Shown: in pieces, positions 1 to 9,955 of the stretch
Layout of the letters: each line of letters begins with the position of its first letter
Numbering within the stretch: position 1 is the first letter of the stretch
Assembly: GCA_047602405.1 (NCBI GenBank)
Contig: JASGHJ010000001.1
Coordinates: forward strand, 1,792,001 to 1,856,000
Direction: 5' to 3'
Origin: Anaeromyxobacteraceae bacterium
Lineage (GTDB): Bacteria > Myxococcota > Myxococcia > Myxococcales > Anaeromyxobacteraceae
DNA length: 64,000 bases
Made by a program: the position numbers and the translations under genes
Notes under the pieces: model-generated
Databases searched by the model: none
Told to the model about the DNA's origin: nothing
What the model saw: the letters and a program-made list of their open reading frames with translations, nothing else

Positions 1-35
1 GAGCGTGGGCCCGCGCAGCGGGCCGGAGTCGAGGA
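1..35 (+). repeat. REP-like palindromic repeat copy A (truncated by window start)
   Basis: GAGCGTG-GGCCCGC-GCA-GCGGGCC-GGAGTCGAGGA matches the family consensus seen at 19654, 37819, 43916, 51347, 53500 and 54206. Confidence 0.8.
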
Positions 36-45
36 CGCCCCCCGC

Positions 46-1203
46 TCAACGCAGCGCCTGCACCTCGATGCGGCGGTTCGCGGCGCGGCCCCGGGCGGTG
101 AAGTTGGGCAGCACCGGGCTCGCCCCGCCACGGCCGGCCCAGCTGAGCCGGCCGGCGTCCACGCCGAGCTGCACGAGCCGGCGCGCGGCGGCCTGGGCCA
201 TCGCGTGCGAGAGCTTCGCGTCGGCCTCGGGCTCCGAGGTGGCGTCGACGAAGCCCTCGAGGCGCACCTTGACGTCGGGCGAGGCGCCCAGCGCCCGGGC
301 GAGGTCGGCCAGGCCGGCGTCCTGGGCGAGGTCGGCGGTCCGGCCCTCGAAGGCGACGTCCTCGACGACGAGCCGGCCGGGGTCGGCGAGCCGACGCGCC
401 CAGGCGGCCGAGCGCCGCGAGGTGCCCTCGACGCGGCCGGCCGGCGCGGGCGCCACCGGGGCCGGCGCCGTCGCGAGCTGCGGCGGGGGCGGGAGCGGGA
501 CGCTCGGCGAGTCGAGCGCGGCCTTCGCGGGCAGCTGCGGCGCGGCCGGCCGCCCCTCCACGAGCGCGTACTCGCGGAGCGCCTTCACCCGCGCCTCGTC
601 GAAGCAGCGCTTGCGGCCGGTGTCGCCGAGCCTGAGGAGCACCGGCTGCACGAGCGCGGCGGTCGCGCGCTGTACGGCGGCCTCCGGGCGCTCGTCGCCG
701 GCCGGGCTCGCGCGGGTGGTGGCGGCGAAGAGCAGGTGGCGGTCGCCGGCGAGGGCGAGCCGGACGGTCACGAGCAGCGCGGCGTCGCCGCCGGCGTCGT
801 GCGCCCGCCCCTCCACCGCGCCGTAGAGCGCCGCGTCCGCGCCGAGGAGCTCCGCGAGCTCGAGCGCGAGGCTCGGCGAGATGCCGGGCGGCAGCTCGAG
901 CGGCGTGTCGCGGAAGATCGCGCGCAGGTCGCCGAGCGGGAGGACGCGCGTGCGCTCGGGGTCGATGCCGGCCGCGAGCGTGGCGGTGGCCGCCTCCGCG
1001 GCGAGCGGGGCGTCGGAGGCGTTCTCGAAGGGCGCGACCACGAGGCAGCGCACCCGGGCGAGCTCGGCGGCGCGGAGGACCTCCTGGCCCGCGCCCGGGC
1101 CCGGGCCGGCGCCGTGGCCGCGCGCCGCGGCGCACCCGGCGGCGAAGGCCGCGAGCGCGGCGGCCAGGCCGGCGGCCCGGACGGCGGGAGGAAGGCGGTG
1201 CAT
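46..1203 (-). CDS. Lipoprotein with C-terminal OmpA-like peptidoglycan-binding domain
   Basis: Real start is ATG 1203 (MHRLPPAV...FAAGC lipobox). C-terminus VRLEGFVD...LSHAMAQA...GRAANRRIEV is OmpA_C-like. Confidence 0.8.
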   Translation of the reverse strand: MHRLPPAVRAAGLAAALAAFAAGCAAARGHGAGPGPGAGQEVLRAAELARVRCLVVAPFENASDAPLAAEAATATLAAGIDPERTRVLPLGDLRAIFRDTPLELPPGISPSLALELAELLGADAALYGAVEGRAHDAGGDAALLVTVRLALAGDRHLLFAATTRASPAGDERPEAAVQRATAALVQPVLLRLGDTGRKRCFDEARVKALREYALVEGRPAAPQLPAKAALDSPSVPLPPPPQLATAPAPVAPAPAGRVEGTSRRSAAWARRLADPGRLVVEDVAFEGRTADLAQDAGLADLARALGASPDVKVRLEGFVDATSEPEADAKLSHAMAQAAARRLVQLGVDAGRLSWAGRGGASPVLPNFTARGRAANRRIEVQALR

Positions 1204-1269
1204 GTGTGCATCGTACCCGGGTTTTCGCCTCCGCCGGGACCCGGTGAGGCCGTCCCTTCGAGGTGACGC

Positions 1270-1326
1270 GTTCACGGTTCCGTCGCTTTCGGTCCTTGTT
1301 CCCGTCACATTCCCGTGCGTTAACGT
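1270..1326 (+). promoter_or_regulatory. PHO-box-like 11-bp direct repeats plus -10 (TAACGT) of phoB
   Basis: TTCAC 1271, GTCGC 1282, GTCAC 1304, GTGCG 1315 lie on an 11-bp lattice; TAACGT ends 6 nt before GTG 1333. Confidence 0.6.
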
Positions 1327-1332
1327 GGCCCC

Positions 1333-2028
1333 GTGACCTCGGTCCTCCTCGTCGACGACGAGCGCGATCTCCTCTCGCTCCTCGACTTCAACCTCCGCGC
1401 CGCCGGCTTCGAGACCGCGCTCGCCACCACCGGCGAGCAGGCGCTCGCCCAGGTGAGGCGGCGGGTGCCCGACCTCGTCCTCCTCGACCTCATGCTGCCG
1501 GACGTGCCCGGCACCGAGGTCTGCCGGCAGCTCAAGGCCGATCCCCGCACGAAGCACGTCCCGGTGGTCATGCTCACCGCGAAGGGCGAGGAGGTCGACC
1601 GGGTGGTGGGGTTCGAGCTCGGCGCCGATGACTACGTGACGAAGCCGTTCAGCGTGCGCGAGCTCATCCTGCGGTTGAAGGCGCTCCTCCGCCGGGCCGG
1701 GCCCTCCCGCGCCTCCGAGCGGCCGCCGGAGCAGGTCGGGCCGATCCGGGTCGACGTCGACGCGCACCGGGCGTTCGTCGACGACGCGGAGGTGACCCTC
1801 ACCCCGCTCGAGTTCAAGCTCCTCTCGACGCTCATGTCGCGCCTCGGCCGCGTGCAGTCGCGCGAGCAGCTCCTCGAGGACGTCTGGGAGATGTCGTCGG
1901 AGGTCGAGACCCGCACGGTCGACACGCACGTGAAGCGGCTGCGGGAGAAGCTCGGCTCCGGCCGCGACCTCCTCGAGACCGTGCGCGGCATCGGGTACCG
2001 GCTCGTCGACCCCACCGATTGGAGCTGA
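1333..2028 (+). CDS. phoB: Phosphate regulon response regulator PhoB (OmpR family)
   Basis: Receiver domain (LLVDDE, LLDLMLP, KPFS) plus winged helix (ETRTVDTHVKRLREKL, TVRGIGY); upstream of pst genes. Confidence 0.9.
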   Translation: MTSVLLVDDERDLLSLLDFNLRAAGFETALATTGEQALAQVRRRVPDLVLLDLMLPDVPGTEVCRQLKADPRTKHVPVVMLTAKGEEVDRVVGFELGADDYVTKPFSVRELILRLKALLRRAGPSRASERPPEQVGPIRVDVDAHRAFVDDAEVTLTPLEFKLLSTLMSRLGRVQSREQLLEDVWEMSSEVETRTVDTHVKRLREKLGSGRDLLETVRGIGYRLVDPTDWS

Positions 2029-2032
2029 CCCC

Positions 2033-3166
2033 ATGTTCGGGCACACGCGCCTCTCCGCCGCCGTCGCCGCGCTCAGGAAGGAGCTCGCGGGCGGCCCCCG
2101 CGCCGACCTCGGCGTGGAGGTGCGCCAGCTCGCCGAGCTCCTCATGGAGCGCGAGCGCCGCCGCGGCCTGCAGGCCCCGAAGGACGCGCCCGAGGCGGAG
2201 CTCCTCGCCGCGCTCCCCGACGCCGCGGCCCTGGTCTCGCGCGAGGGCTGGGTGCGCGTGTCCAACGCCGCCTTCGACACGCTCGCCACGAAGGGGCGGG
2301 CGCAGGGGCTCACGCCGCTCGAGATCACCCGCTCCGCGGAGCTCTCCGAGGCCGTGAAGCGCGCCCTCGAGGGCACCGCCCGGCGGCTCGAGCTCGGCAT
2401 CGGCCAGCGCGCGTACTTCGTCCACCTCGCCCCGCTCATCCGCGGCGAGGTGCTGCTGATGATGCGCGACGTGACCGACGCGCGGCGCTCCGAGGCGGTG
2501 CGCCGGGACTTCGTCGCGAACGCCAGCCACGAGCTGCGGACGCCCATCTCGGCGATCCGCGCGGCCGCCGAGACGCTGCTCGGCGGCGCGGTCGACGACC
2601 CGGCCACCGCCCGGTCCTTCGTCGAGATCGTGGCGCGCCACGCCGAGCGGCTCGCGCGGCTCACCCAGGATCTGCTCGACCTCTCCCGCATCGAGTCGCG
2701 GCAGTGGCGGCTCGACGCCGTGCCGGTCGACGTGGCGGTCCTCGGCCGGCAGGTCGTGGAGCTCGTCGCGGGCGCCGCCCGCGACAAGGGGATCGCGCTC
2801 CGCTGCGAGATCCCGGACGGCACCACCGTGCGCGGAGACGCCCGGGCGCTCGAGCAGATCCTCGTGAACCTCGTCGACAACGGGGTGAAGTACACGGCCC
2901 AGGGCGCGGTGGTGCTCGGCGCGGAGCGCGAGCGGGACGACGTCGTCCTCACCGTCGTCGACACCGGCCCGGGCATCGAGCAGCAGCACCTGCCGCGGAT
3001 CTTCGAGCGCTTCTACCGGATCGACGCCGGGCGCTCGCGGGACCAGGGCGGCACCGGGCTCGGGCTCTCGATCGTGAAGAACCTCGCGCAGGCCATGGGC
3101 GGCGACGTGGGCGTCGAGAGCGGCGCCGGCGGCTCGCGCTTCTGGCTGCGTTTGCCGGCGCCCTAG
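2033..3166 (+). CDS. phoR: Sensor histidine kinase PhoR-like (PAS-HisKA-HATPase, no obvious TM)
   Basis: RRDFVANASHELRTP H-box, NLVDNGVKY, DTGPGI, FERFYRID, GTGLGLSIVK. Confidence 0.9.
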   Translation: MFGHTRLSAAVAALRKELAGGPRADLGVEVRQLAELLMERERRRGLQAPKDAPEAELLAALPDAAALVSREGWVRVSNAAFDTLATKGRAQGLTPLEITRSAELSEAVKRALEGTARRLELGIGQRAYFVHLAPLIRGEVLLMMRDVTDARRSEAVRRDFVANASHELRTPISAIRAAAETLLGGAVDDPATARSFVEIVARHAERLARLTQDLLDLSRIESRQWRLDAVPVDVAVLGRQVVELVAGAARDKGIALRCEIPDGTTVRGDARALEQILVNLVDNGVKYTAQGAVVLGAERERDDVVLTVVDTGPGIEQQHLPRIFERFYRIDAGRSRDQGGTGLGLSIVKNLAQAMGGDVGVESGAGGSRFWLRLPAP

Positions 3167-3170
3167 AAAC

Positions 3171-3197
3171 GTCACGCGCGCGCCGCGGGCGCGCCAC
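3171..3197 (+). promoter_or_regulatory. PHO-box-like repeats upstream of porin
   Basis: GTCAC 3171, GCCGC 3182, GCCAC 3193 at exact 11-bp spacing. Confidence 0.55.
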
Positions 3198-3248
3198 GGC
3201 GGCCCCGTAGATCGACTCCCCGGAACGCACACAAGGGGAATCGACGAC

Positions 3249-4463
3249 ATGAACCGCCTCATCGCCGCCCTCGCGGCGCTCGCCATCGCACCGTTCGCTC
3301 TCGCCCAGGAGTCCCAGCCGGCGCAGCCGGATCCGGCCGCGCTCGAGGGCAAGCTCACCTCCCTCGAGGAGCAGTACGCGGAGACCAAGGCCGCCGTCGC
3401 GGCCCTCCAGAAGCTGAAGCTCTCGGGCTACATCCAGGCCCGCTGGGCCTACAACGAGACCGGCCTCCCGGTCGGCTCCGGCGCCAACGCCTACAACACC
3501 TCGCCCGAGACCGCGCCCGGCCAGAACGGCTTCTTCATCCGCCGCGGCCGCCTCAAGGCCGTCTACAACGCCGACCTCTCCGACTACGTGCTCCAGATCG
3601 ACGTGACGCCCAACGGCGTCGCGATCAAGGAGGGCTACGCCACGCTGAAGCTGCCCGCGGGCTGGGCGGTGGACGCCGGCCTCCAGCTCTTCCCGTTCGG
3701 CTACGAGGTCGCGAGCCGCTCCTCCTCGGATCTCGACACCCTCGAGCGCGCCCGCGTCACCCGCGCCTTCGCCGGCGGCGAGTACGACCTCGGCGTGGCG
3801 GTGCGCGGCCAGATCGCGAAGCTCGTGAACGTGAAGGTCGGCGTCTTCAACGGCAACGGCGTCGACTCCGGCCAGACCGGCAAGGACAACGACCAGCTGA
3901 AGGACGTCATCGGCCGCGCCACGGTCGACCTCGGCATGCTCACCGCCGGCGTCTCGGGCTGGTACGGCAAGACGAAGAACTACGCCCGCCCGGACGACAA
4001 GGCGTATGACCGCGTCCGCGCGGCGATCGACGCGCAGCTCTACCTCGACCTCCTCCCGATCGGCGGCACGGCGCTGAAGGGCGAGTGGATGTGGGGCCGC
4101 ACCACCATCGGCACGAACAACGCCAACGGCGGCGCGGGCGGCAACCTGCCCGGCCTCACCTCCGGCGCGCCGGTCCCGACCGGCAACGGCTGGTACGCGC
4201 TCGTCACCCAGAACGTGCTCGCCCACCACCAGGTCGCCGCGAAGTTCGAGCAGTACACGCCGAACCTGACCGCCAGCACCGAGGGCGCCACGAACACCAC
4301 CGTGAAGACCCAGCGCGAGCTGCAGCTCGCGCTGCACACCTACGTGGGCGAGGGCGGCAAGGTCACGCTCGCGTGGTTCCACCCGATGAACGGCAAGGCC
4401 GGCGACAAGGCCGTCGACCCCAACGCGGACCAGTACATCCTGCAGGTCCAGGCGAAGTTCTAG
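3249..4463 (+). CDS. Phosphate-selective porin (OprO/OprP-like)
   Basis: Signal peptide, short coiled coil, LKLSGYIQAR and FFIRRGRLK motifs, C-terminal beta-signal QVQAKF; lies inside pho cluster. Confidence 0.8.
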   Translation: MNRLIAALAALAIAPFALAQESQPAQPDPAALEGKLTSLEEQYAETKAAVAALQKLKLSGYIQARWAYNETGLPVGSGANAYNTSPETAPGQNGFFIRRGRLKAVYNADLSDYVLQIDVTPNGVAIKEGYATLKLPAGWAVDAGLQLFPFGYEVASRSSSDLDTLERARVTRAFAGGEYDLGVAVRGQIAKLVNVKVGVFNGNGVDSGQTGKDNDQLKDVIGRATVDLGMLTAGVSGWYGKTKNYARPDDKAYDRVRAAIDAQLYLDLLPIGGTALKGEWMWGRTTIGTNNANGGAGGNLPGLTSGAPVPTGNGWYALVTQNVLAHHQVAAKFEQYTPNLTASTEGATNTTVKTQRELQLALHTYVGEGGKVTLAWFHPMNGKAGDKAVDPNADQYILQVQAKF

Positions 4464-4508
4464 GCCGGGCCCATCGCTGACATCCGAAAGCCACAGGAGA
4501 AGAACGAC

Positions 4509-5324
4509 ATGAAGCGCATGCTCCTCGCCCTCGTCGCCGCCGCCCTGCCCGTGCTCTCGCACGCCCAGGCCGTGACGGTGAAGGGCTCCGACACGATGGT
4601 GATCCTCGCCCAGCGCTGGGCCGAGAGCTACATGAAGGCCCAGGCCGGCAAGCGCGTGCAGGTGACCGGCGGCGGCTCCGGCATCGGCCTCGCCGCCCTC
4701 ATCAACGGCACGACCGACATCGCGAACGCGTCCCGCTCCATCAAGGAGTCCGAGATCGCGAAGGTCCGCGACCGGTTCAACGTCCTGCCGACGGAGATCG
4801 CCGTCGCGAAGGACGGCGTCGCCCTCTACGTCAACGAGGCGAACCCGGTCGACACGCTCACGATCGCGCAGCTGAGGGCGATCTACACGGGCGACGTCAC
4901 GAACTGGAAGGAGGTCGGCGGTCCGGACGCGAAGATCGTCCTCTACTCCCGCGAGAACTCCTCCGGCACCTACGTCTTCTTCAAGGAGAACGTGCTCGCG
5001 AACGCCGACTACGCGGCGAACGCCCAGACGCTCCCCGGCACCGCCGCGGTCGTGAACGCGGTCGCGAAGGAGAGGTTCGGCATCGGCTACGGCGGCGCCG
5101 CCTACGCGAAGGGCATCAAGGAGGTGAAGGTGGTCGGCAAGGACGGCAAGGGCTGGCTGCCGAACGCCGAGAACGTCGCCGCCGGGACCTACCCGCTGTC
5201 GCGCAAGCTCTTCATGTACACGCGCGGCAAGCCGTCCGGGGACGCGAAGGCCTTCATCGACTACTGCCTGTCGCCCGAGGGCCAGAAGGTCGTCACGGAA
5301 GTGGGCTACTTCCCGGTGAAGTAG
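4509..5324 (+). CDS. pstS: Phosphate ABC transporter substrate-binding protein
   Basis: VKGSDTM, GGGSGIG, DIANASR, SRENSSGT motifs; signal peptide; AGGAG SD. Confidence 0.95.
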   Translation: MKRMLLALVAAALPVLSHAQAVTVKGSDTMVILAQRWAESYMKAQAGKRVQVTGGGSGIGLAALINGTTDIANASRSIKESEIAKVRDRFNVLPTEIAVAKDGVALYVNEANPVDTLTIAQLRAIYTGDVTNWKEVGGPDAKIVLYSRENSSGTYVFFKENVLANADYAANAQTLPGTAAVVNAVAKERFGIGYGGAAYAKGIKEVKVVGKDGKGWLPNAENVAAGTYPLSRKLFMYTRGKPSGDAKAFIDYCLSPEGQKVVTEVGYFPVK

Positions 5325-5377
5325 TCACCCCGGCGCAACGGCCCCGTCACGGGAACGTCACGCAGGGGGGGTACTTC
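5324..5377 (+). promoter_or_regulatory. Four-unit PHO box and -10-like TACTTC between pstS and pstC
   Basis: GTCAC 5324, GCAAC 5335, GTCAC 5346, GTCAC 5357: perfect 11-bp period. Confidence 0.7.
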
Positions 5378-5378
5378 C

Positions 5379-6386
5379 GTGTCCGTGGCCAACGGCACCA
5401 CAGCAGGGCTCGCGGGGGAAGGGGTCGAGAGGCCCCTCCCCGCGATCCGCCGGCGACAGCTCCGCGAGGCGGCGATCGAGGTGGGCATCACCCTCGTCGC
5501 CCTCACCGGCATCGCCTTCGTCGTCCTCATCTTCGTCTTCGTCGGGCGCGAGGCGCTCCCCATCTTCACCTCCGAGGAGGTGCGGGCGGAGACCGACCTC
5601 GCGCGGATGTTCCTCCCGCAGGCCTGGCGCGAGGGGAAGGCGGCGTTCTTCTCCTGGCAGCCCGTCTCCGATGTCCCGAAGTACTCGATGGTGCCGCTCT
5701 TCGTCGGCACGCTGAAGACCACCTTCGTGGCGATGGCCATCTCGGTGCCGCTCGGCGTCGCCGCGGCGGTCTACACCTCCGAGTTCGCGCCCCGGCGCCT
5801 CAAGGAGGTGCTGAAGCCCACCATCGAGATGCTCGCCGGCATCCCCTCGGTGGTGGTCGGCTTCTTCGCCCTGCTCGTCATGGCGACGGTCTTCCAGGAC
5901 ACCTTCGGCTTCGCCTACCGCCTGAACGCGGTGGTCGCCGGCGCGGCGCTCGCCATCACGGTGGTCCCGGTCATCTTCACGGTGTCGGAGGACGCCCTCA
6001 CCGCGGTCCCCCGCAGCTACAGGGAGGCGTCGCTCGCGCTCGGCGCGACGCGGTGGGAGACCGCCTTCCAGGTGGTGCTCCCCGCGGCCGCCCCGGGCGT
6101 CCTCGCGGCGGTCGTGCTCGGCTTCGGGCGCTCCATCGGCGAGACGATGATCGTGCTCATGGCCTCCGGCAACGCGGCCATCACGAGCTGGTCGCTCGGC
6201 GAGTCGGTCCGCACGCTGCCCGCCACCATCGCCGCCGAGATGGGCGAGGTGGTCTTCGGCGGCGCGCACTACTCGGTGCTGTTCTTCATCGGCGTCGAGC
6301 TCTTCCTCTTCACCTTCGTCCTCAACACGCTCGCCTCGGTCTTCGTGAAGCGCCTCGTGAGGCGGATGTCCGGGGGTGCCGCGTGA
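5379..6386 (+). CDS. pstC: Phosphate ABC permease PstC (start may be GTG 5385)
   Basis: EMLAGIPSVVVG, YREASLALGATRWET, GRSIGETMIVLMASGN. Confidence 0.95.
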   Translation: MSVANGTTAGLAGEGVERPLPAIRRRQLREAAIEVGITLVALTGIAFVVLIFVFVGREALPIFTSEEVRAETDLARMFLPQAWREGKAAFFSWQPVSDVPKYSMVPLFVGTLKTTFVAMAISVPLGVAAAVYTSEFAPRRLKEVLKPTIEMLAGIPSVVVGFFALLVMATVFQDTFGFAYRLNAVVAGAALAITVVPVIFTVSEDALTAVPRSYREASLALGATRWETAFQVVLPAAAPGVLAAVVLGFGRSIGETMIVLMASGNAAITSWSLGESVRTLPATIAAEMGEVVFGGAHYSVLFFIGVELFLFTFVLNTLASVFVKRLVRRMSGGAA

Positions 6387-7297
6387 GCGTGACCTCCCGC
6401 AAGGTCGCCGGCGGGCTCCTCACCTGGGCGACCGGGGGCGCCGCGCTCCTCATCGTCGGGATGCTCGCGGTGATCCTGGCGGACATCACCCGGGGCGGCG
6501 TGGGCCGGGTGAGCTGGACCTTCCTCACCGCCGCGCCCGAGGAGGGCATGACGGCGGGCGGCATCTTCCCGGCCATCTACGGGACCGCGATCATGACGCT
6601 GATGATGACGGTCGCCGTGCTGCCCGTCGGCGTCATCACCGCCATCTACCTCCACGAGTACGCGCCGCCCCGCTCGAGGATCGCCGGGGCGATCCGCGCC
6701 GCCATCAACAACCTCGCCGGCGTGCCCTCCATCGTCTTCGGGCTCTTCGGCGTCGGCTTCTTCATCCAGTTCGTCGGGCGCGGCCTCGACCGCGCGCTCT
6801 CCGAGCCCGGCACGCTCACCTACGGGAAGCCGTCGCTCCTGTGGGCGGCGCTCACCCTCGCCATCCTCACCCTGCCGGTCGTCATCGTGGCGACCGAGGA
6901 GGCGCTGCGGGCCGTGCCGCGCGAGCACCGCGACGCCTCGCTCGCGCTCGGGGCCACGAAGTCGCAGACGCTCTGGAAGGTGATCCTGCCCCAGGCGCTG
7001 CCCGGCATCCTCACCGGCGCGATCCTGGCGGTGGCGCGCGGCGCGGGGGAGGTCGCCCCGATCCTCTTCACCGGCGTCGCCTACTTCCTGCCGGACCTGC
7101 CGACCTCGGCCTGGTCGCAGTTCATGCACCTCGGCTACCACGTGTACGTGCTCGCGACGCAGTCGCCCGACGTCGAGGCGACCCGGCCGCTCCTCTACGC
7201 GACCGTGTTCGTGCTGCTCGCCCTCACCTTCGCCCTCAACCTCGTGGCGATCGCCATCCGCACGCAGACCCGGCGCAAGGCCGCCGCCGGCCACTAG
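6383..7297 (+). CDS. pstA: Phosphate ABC permease PstA
   Basis: GTG overlaps the pstC stop (GTGA); GGIFPAIYGT, NLAGVPSIVFG, LAVARGAGEVAPI. Confidence 0.95.
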   Translation: MSVTSRKVAGGLLTWATGGAALLIVGMLAVILADITRGGVGRVSWTFLTAAPEEGMTAGGIFPAIYGTAIMTLMMTVAVLPVGVITAIYLHEYAPPRSRIAGAIRAAINNLAGVPSIVFGLFGVGFFIQFVGRGLDRALSEPGTLTYGKPSLLWAALTLAILTLPVVIVATEEALRAVPREHRDASLALGATKSQTLWKVILPQALPGILTGAILAVARGAGEVAPILFTGVAYFLPDLPTSAWSQFMHLGYHVYVLATQSPDVEATRPLLYATVFVLLALTFALNLVAIAIRTQTRRKAAAGH

Positions 7298-7321
7298 GGC
7301 AATCTCCCCGGACTCGAAGAC

Positions 7322-8107
7322 ATGAGCGCCACCGACACCGCGCCCGCACCGAAGATCAAGATGGAGGCGAGGAAGCTCGACATCGCCTACGGCCCGAAGC
7401 TCGCCGTGAAGCAGGTGAGCCTCGAGCTGCCCGAGCACCAGGTCACCGCCCTCATCGGCCCGTCCGGCTGCGGGAAGTCCACCTTCCTGCGCTGCCTCAA
7501 CCGGATGAACGACCTCATCCCCGGCGCGAAGGTGACCGGCGAGATCCTCCTCGACGGACGGAGCATCTACGCGAGCCACCTCGACGCGGTGGAGCTGCGC
7601 CGCCGGGTGGGCATGGTGTTCCAGAAGTCGAACCCCTTCCCGAAGTCGATCTTCGAGAACGTCGCCTACGGCCTGAGGGTCTCCGGGGCGCTCCGGGACC
7701 GGGTCGAGATCGCCGACCGGGTGGAGCGGTCGCTCAGGAACGCGGCGCTCTGGGACGAGGTGAAGGACCGCCTCGGCGAGAGCGCGCTCGGCCTCTCGGG
7801 CGGCCAGCAGCAGCGGCTCTGCATCGCCCGCGCGCTCGCCATCGAGCCGGAGGTGCTGCTCATGGACGAGCCGGCCTCGGCGCTCGATCCGATCGCGACC
7901 GCCAAGATCGAGGACCTCATCCACGAGCTCAAGGCGAGCTACACGATCGCGATCGTGACCCACAACATGCAGCAGGCCGCCCGGGTCTCCGACCAGACCG
8001 CCTTCTTCTACATGGGCGAGCTCGTCGAGGTCGGGCCGACCGAGCAGATCTTCACGAACCCGCGCGAGTCCCGCACCGAGGACTACGTGACGGGCAAGTT
8101 CGGGTAG
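7322..8107 (+). CDS. pstB: Phosphate ABC ATPase PstB
   Basis: [40 protein letters not shown]. Confidence 0.97.
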   Translation: MSATDTAPAPKIKMEARKLDIAYGPKLAVKQVSLELPEHQVTALIGPSGCGKSTFLRCLNRMNDLIPGAKVTGEILLDGRSIYASHLDAVELRRRVGMVFQKSNPFPKSIFENVAYGLRVSGALRDRVEIADRVERSLRNAALWDEVKDRLGESALGLSGGQQQRLCIARALAIEPEVLLMDEPASALDPIATAKIEDLIHELKASYTIAIVTHNMQQAARVSDQTAFFYMGELVEVGPTEQIFTNPRESRTEDYVTGKFG

Positions 8108-8128
8108 CCTCGGGGGACGGGACAGGGC

Positions 8129-8803
8129 ATGGCGACGCACACCGACAAGGCGTACGAGGCGGAGCTCCGGGACCTCCGCGAGAAGCTCCTCGAGATGGGC
8201 GGGCTCGTGGAGGCCGCGCTGTCCTCGGCGGTCCGGGCGATCACCGAGCGGAACGTCGAGCTCGCGGAGAGGGTGAAGGCCCGGGACCGCGAGATCAACC
8301 GGATGGAGGTCGCGGTCGACCAGGCGTGCCGGCGGATCCTGGCGCTCCGCCAGCCGGCCGCCTCCGACCTGCGCTTCATCACGACCGCGCTCAAGATCGT
8401 GGTCGACCTCGAGCGGATGGGCGACCTCGCGGTGAACATCGGCGAGCGCGCCGTGGACCTCGCCCAGGCGCCGCCGCTCGCGCCCCAGCACGAGCTCCAG
8501 AAGCTCGCCGACCTCTCCGAGGCGCAGCTGAAGCGCGCCCTCGACGCGTTCGTGGCGGGCGACGTCTCGAAGGCCGAGGAGGTCATGAAGGGCGACCAGC
8601 TCCTCGACGCCCTCTACCTCAAGATCTTCAACGAGCTCATCCAGCACATGATGGAGGACTCGAAGAACATCCGCCGCGCGACCGCGCTCATGTTCGCGGC
8701 GAAGCACCTCGAGCGCTTCGGCGACCACGCGACCAACCTCGCGGAGATGGTGGTCTACATGGTCCGCGGTACGGACGTGCGGCACCCGAAGAGCCGGGCG
8801 TAG
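8129..8803 (+). CDS. phoU: Phosphate signalling protein PhoU
   Basis: QPAASDLR, DLERMGDLAVNI, LERFGDHATNLAE repeats. Confidence 0.95.
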   Translation: MATHTDKAYEAELRDLREKLLEMGGLVEAALSSAVRAITERNVELAERVKARDREINRMEVAVDQACRRILALRQPAASDLRFITTALKIVVDLERMGDLAVNIGERAVDLAQAPPLAPQHELQKLADLSEAQLKRALDAFVAGDVSKAEEVMKGDQLLDALYLKIFNELIQHMMEDSKNIRRATALMFAAKHLERFGDHATNLAEMVVYMVRGTDVRHPKSRA

Positions 8804-8812
8804 ACTCCGGCC

Positions 8813-9955
8813 ATGTCCGAAGCCGCCGTGCGTCCGATCGCCGCGGGCGTCGCCCGCCGCCTGTCGTTCCTGGATCGCTACCTCACGCTCTGGATCTTCC
8901 TCGCCATGGGCGCGGGCATCCTGCTCGGCTGGGCGGTGCCGGGCGTCGTCCCCGCGCTCGACCGGCTCTCCGTCGGCACGACCTCGATCCCCATCGCGGT
9001 CGGGCTCATCCTGATGATGTACCCGCCCCTCGCGAAGGTCCGGTACGAGGAGCTGCCCCGGGTCTTCCGGAACGGGAAGGTGCTCGGGCTGTCGCTCGTG
9101 CAGAACTGGGTCGTCGGGCCGGTGCTGATGTTCGCGCTCGCGGTGCTCTTCCTGCGCGACCGGCCGGAGTACATGGTCGGGCTCATCCTGATCGGGCTCG
9201 CCCGCTGCATCGCGATGGTCATCGTGTGGAACGACCTCGCGAGCGGCGACACCGAGTACTGCGCCGGCCTCGTCGCCTTCAACTCCATCTTCCAGGTGCT
9301 GTTCTTCCCGGTGTACGCGTGGCTCTTCATCACCGTGCTGCCGGGCTGGCTGGGGCTCCACGGCGCCGAGGTCCACTTCGGCATCGGCGAGATCGCGCGG
9401 AGCGTCTTCATCTACCTCGGCATCCCGTTCCTCGCCGGCATGGCCTCCCGGTTCGGCCTGCGCGCGCTGAAGGGCGAGGAGTGGTACCGGCGGGTCTTCA
9501 TCCCGCGGGTCTCGCCCATCACGCTCGTCGCGCTCCTCTTCACGATCGTGGTGATGTTCTCGCTCAAGGGCGAGACCATCGTGCAGGTGCCGCTCGACGT
9601 GGTGCGGATCGCGCTCCCGCTCCTCGTCTACTTCCTCCTCATGTTCTTCGTGTCGTTCTTCATGAGCCGGAAGGTCGGCGCGACCTACGGGCAGACCGCG
9701 ACGCTCTCCTTCACCGCGGCGTCCAACAACTTCGAGCTCGCCATCGCGGTCGCGGTCGCGACCTTCGGCATGGCCCACGGCGCGGCGTTCGCGGCCGTCA
9801 TCGGCCCGCTCGTCGAGGTGCCGGTGCTGATCGGCCTCGTGAACGTGGCGCTCCGGCTCCGGGAGCGGTGGTTCCCCGGCGAGACGGGCGAGCTCGCGAG
9901 GGTGGCGAACTGCCCGGTGGCCGTCGAGGGCCCCGCGGCGGGGAGGGCGCCTTGA
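8813..9955 (+). CDS. acr3: Arsenite efflux transporter Acr3
   Basis: [50 protein letters not shown]. Confidence 0.95.
   Translation: MSEAAVRPIAAGVARRLSFLDRYLTLWIFLAMGAGILLGWAVPGVVPALDRLSVGTTSIPIAVGLILMMYPPLAKVRYEELPRVFRNGKVLGLSLVQNWVVGPVLMFALAVLFLRDRPEYMVGLILIGLARCIAMVIVWNDLASGDTEYCAGLVAFNSIFQVLFFPVYAWLFITVLPGWLGLHGAEVHFGIGEIARSVFIYLGIPFLAGMASRFGLRALKGEEWYRRVFIPRVSPITLVALLFTIVVMFSLKGETIVQVPLDVVRIALPLLVYFLLMFFVSFFMSRKVGATYGQTATLSFTAASNNFELAIAVAVATFGMAHGAAFAAVIGPLVEVPVLIGLVNVALRLRERWFPGETGELARVANCPVAVEGPAAGRAP

Noticed and set aside
4479..4494. GACAT-N6-GCCAC as a PHO box before pstS
   Set aside because: Only two weak units abutting the SD; not distinguishable from chance
6269..9778. Very long antisense or alternate-frame ORFs (also 6376-10401, 10462-13920, 23270-27121, 39496-42927, 58584-61364)
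   Set aside because: Shadow ORFs typical of high-GC DNA. They overlap well-supported genes and are R/G/A/P-rich without motifs. Only the arsC tail of 6376-10401 is real.
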